Source: Candidatus Nomurabacteria bacterium
GTDB taxonomy: Bacteria > Patescibacteriota > Minisyncoccia > Phycocordibacterales > UBA918
Length of the DNA stretch: 64,000 nt
Direction of reading: 5' to 3'
Assembly (NCBI GenBank): GCA_020632015.1
Contig: JACKGI010000002.1
Span: forward strand, 27,121-91,120
Shown: piece by piece, positions 62,050 to 64,000 of the stretch
Numbering within the stretch: position 1 is the stretch's first letter
How the letters are laid out: each line of letters starts with the position of its first letter
Translations under genes and position numbers: made by a program
Notes under the pieces: model-generated
Databases searched by the model: none
What the model saw: the letters and a program-made list of their open reading frames with translations, nothing else
What the model was told of the DNA's origin: nothing

Positions 62050-64000
62050 ATGGCAACGCCAAAAAAGAAAACAAAAACTAAATGGGAGGAACCTGCTAGC
62101 ACGGAAGCCAGTAAGATTATTGTACGTGGAGCACGAACACATAACCTAAAGAATATTGATGTAGAAATGCCAAGAGGTAGCATGATAGCTATTACTGGTC
62201 CATCCGGTTCAGGTAAGTCTTCTTTAGCTTTTGATACTATTTTTGCCGAAGGTCAACGTCGTTATGTCGAATCCCTTTCTCCATACGCAAGACAGTTTTT
62301 AAATAAAATGCAAAAACCTGACGTAGATGAAATCTCTGGTCTCTCTCCAGCTATATCAATTGATCAAAAATCCGCTTCAAGAAACCCTCGTTCAACAGTC
62401 GCAACTATTACTGAGATATATGACTATCTGCGTATTGTTTATGCTCGCATAGGTCAACCATACTGCTTAGATACAAACGTTCCCATTCAAAAATTATCAC
62501 AAGATGAAATCTTAGGTATTGTTTTAAAGTCTATTGAAGAAAGAGAGGTTAAAACTGCAACAAAGAAACAATCTCAGCAAGTAATGGGTATAGAACTGTC
62601 GAAAGGACGAGTCGCTATATTCGCTCCAGTAGTTGTTGGCCGAAAGGGAGAGTACTACCAAATGCTTTACGACTTATTAAGTAAAGGGTATGAAACGGTC
62701 AAAATTGATGGCCAGATAAAGCAATTACGTGAAAAAATCACATTGACAAAAACAAAACGGCACGATATCGACGTTTTGATTGATGAAATCTATGTTAGCG
62801 AGTTTACAGATGACCCAAAGAGCTCAAGGGAAAGACTTTCAGAAGCTGTAGAACTAGCTTTAGCGGAAGCAAATGGTCTGGTAAAGATAGAGAGTCCTGA
62901 TGGTACAGAGCGTACCTTATCCGCAAAGTTTATCTGTCCCGTTGATGGTTCATCATTCCCAGAAGTTGAGCCTAGACTATTCTCGTTCAACTCTCCCTAC
63001 GGGGCATGTCCTGAATGTAACGGTCTTGGAGTTGTTGGCATCTTCCAATCAGATGAGTGTCAATCATGTAAAGGTGCCAGATTACGACCAGAAGCACTAC
63101 GAGTATATCTAGGGGGCGACGGAAAGAAAAATTTAGGGACAAATATTGTTGATTTTACTAATTTTACAGTAGCTGAAGCTGTTGAATTTGTTAAAAACCT
63201 TAAGCTCTCAAAAAAACAAGAGGAGATAGCATGGCCAGCCCTTAGAGAAGTTATTGAAAGGCTGGATTTTATGATGGACGTTGGAATTGAGTACCTAACT
63301 CTTAATCGTCGAGCAAACACACTTTCAGGTGGTGAAGCGCAAAGAATCAGACTGGCGTCACAGTTAGGTTCTGGCTTAGTAGGTGCGCTTTATGTATTAG
63401 ATGAGCCAACAATTGGCCTACACCAAAGGGATAACGACAAGTTGATAAAAACTCTGCAAGAGCTACGTGATTTAGGTAACACTATCATTGTAGTAGAGCA
63501 CGATGAAGATACGATTCACGCTGCTGATTATTTGATAGATATTGGTCCAGGAGCTGGCGTGCATGGAGGAGAGGTGATTGTTTCGGATTACCTAGGTAAA
63601 CTACTTTCTGAAAAAACTAACGAAACAAAATCAGTTACTCTAGATTATTTGCGAGGTGACAAAGTTATTGAGGTTCCCGAAAGAAGAACTGCAGAAAAAG
63701 GCAAAATTATAATCAAAGGTGGAAAAGCTTTTAATATTAAAAACCTAAATGTTGATATCCCGCTCGGAAAACTAATTTGTGTAACTGGTGTTTCAGGTTC
63801 TGGAAAGTCTACTTTTATGTACGAGATAGTAGACAGAAATCTAAAGTCTCGACTCGAAAAAAGACATCGAAACGCAAAGACTCATAATTGCTCTACTTTT
63901 ACAGGAACAGAATACTTAGGTCGATCAGTTTTAATTGACCAGTCTCCGATTGGGAGAACACCAAGAAGTAATCCAGCTACTTATACTGGCGCATTCACTC
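62050..64000 (+). CDS. uvrA: Excinuclease ABC subunit A, N-terminal ~650 aa (continues past the right edge; absent from the ORF track because no stop is reached)
   Basis: My own translation from ATG 62050: MATPKKKTKTKWEEP..IIVRGARTHNLKNIDVEMPRGSMIAITGPSGSGKSSLAFDTIFAEGQRRYVESLSPYARQFL, then ...CPECNGLG..., LSGGEAQRIRLA, and a second Walker A GVSGSGKST near 63790. The frame stays open to nt 64000. Confidence 0.95.
   Translation, partial: MATPKKKTKTKWEEPASTEASKIIVRGARTHNLKNIDVEMPRGSMIAITGPSGSGKSSLAFDTIFAEGQRRYVESLSPYARQFLNKMQKPDVDEISGLSPAISIDQKSASRNPRSTVATITEIYDYLRIVYARIGQPYCLDTNVPIQKLSQDEILGIVLKSIEEREVKTATKKQSQQVMGIELSKGRVAIFAPVVVGRKGEYYQMLYDLLSKGYETVKIDGQIKQLREKITLTKTKRHDIDVLIDEIYVSEFTDDPKSSRERLSEAVELALAEANGLVKIESPDGTERTLSAKFICPVDGSSFPEVEPRLFSFNSPYGACPECNGLGVVGIFQSDECQSCKGARLRPEALRVYLGGDGKKNLGTNIVDFTNFTVAEAVEFVKNLKLSKKQEEIAWPALREVIERLDFMMDVGIEYLTLNRRANTLSGGEAQRIRLASQLGSGLVGALYVLDEPTIGLHQRDNDKLIKTLQELRDLGNTIIVVEHDEDTIHAADYLIDIGPGAGVHGGEVIVSDYLGKLLSEKTNETKSVTLDYLRGDKVIEVPERRTAEKGKIIIKGGKAFNIKNLNVDIPLGKLICVTGVSGSGKSTFMYEIVDRNLKSRLEKRHRNAKTHNCSTFTGTEYLGRSVLIDQSPIGRTPRSNPATYTGAFT

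Noticed and set aside
1-64000. CRISPR arrays, tRNA/rRNA genes, transposases/integrases, prophage or toxin-antitoxin modules
   Set aside because: All repeated DNA I found is in-frame protein-module repetition inside long ORFs, not short direct repeats with spacers. The few intergenic regions (the largest is 266 nt) contain no T-loop/cloverleaf-like sequence. No ORF shows recombinase or transposase motifs.
1-64000. Alternative genetic code (UGA or UAG reassignment), as in some candidate phyla
   Set aside because: TGA, TAA and TAG all terminate well-supported genes at sensible positions, for example TGA at 38253-38255 and 52949-52951. Conserved genes (uvrB, tgt, the kinase) are full length under the standard code.

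Overview
All credible genes in this 64-kb, AT-rich window lie on the + strand. Every minus-strand ORF in the track is a shadow of a + strand gene. nt 1-50,485 form one very large cell-surface locus. It contains an uninterrupted 24.5-kb ORF (8,158 codons) for a secreted mosaic protein built from repeated DUF2341-like + LamG-like modules and beta-helix-like repeats. It also holds a 4xFN3-like protein, an ABC ATPase with an unusual C-terminal extension, and a MacB/FtsX-type permease. Two further large secreted proteins (620 and 2,060 aa) and a 388-aa probable major subunit share two kinds of C-terminal module among themselves and with the giant protein. Three paralogous double-beta-sandwich membrane-anchored proteins and several proteins with cohesin-like and/or dockerin-like modules complete the locus. 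nt 50,516-64,000 are mostly housekeeping: a Cys-less TlpA-like protein, an AI-2E-type transporter, a membrane-anchored FKBP, tgt, uvrB, a tandem-receiver protein, a Lys-rich membrane protein, a histidine kinase and the 5' part of uvrA. I saw no rRNA, tRNA, CRISPR array, transposase or integrase. The standard genetic code, weak Shine-Dalgarno usage and this gene content suggest an uncultivated, small-genome, probably monoderm bacterium (CPR/Patescibacteria-like); that is inference only. All domain names come from by-eye motif recognition, not profile searches, and sub-gene coordinates are approximate.
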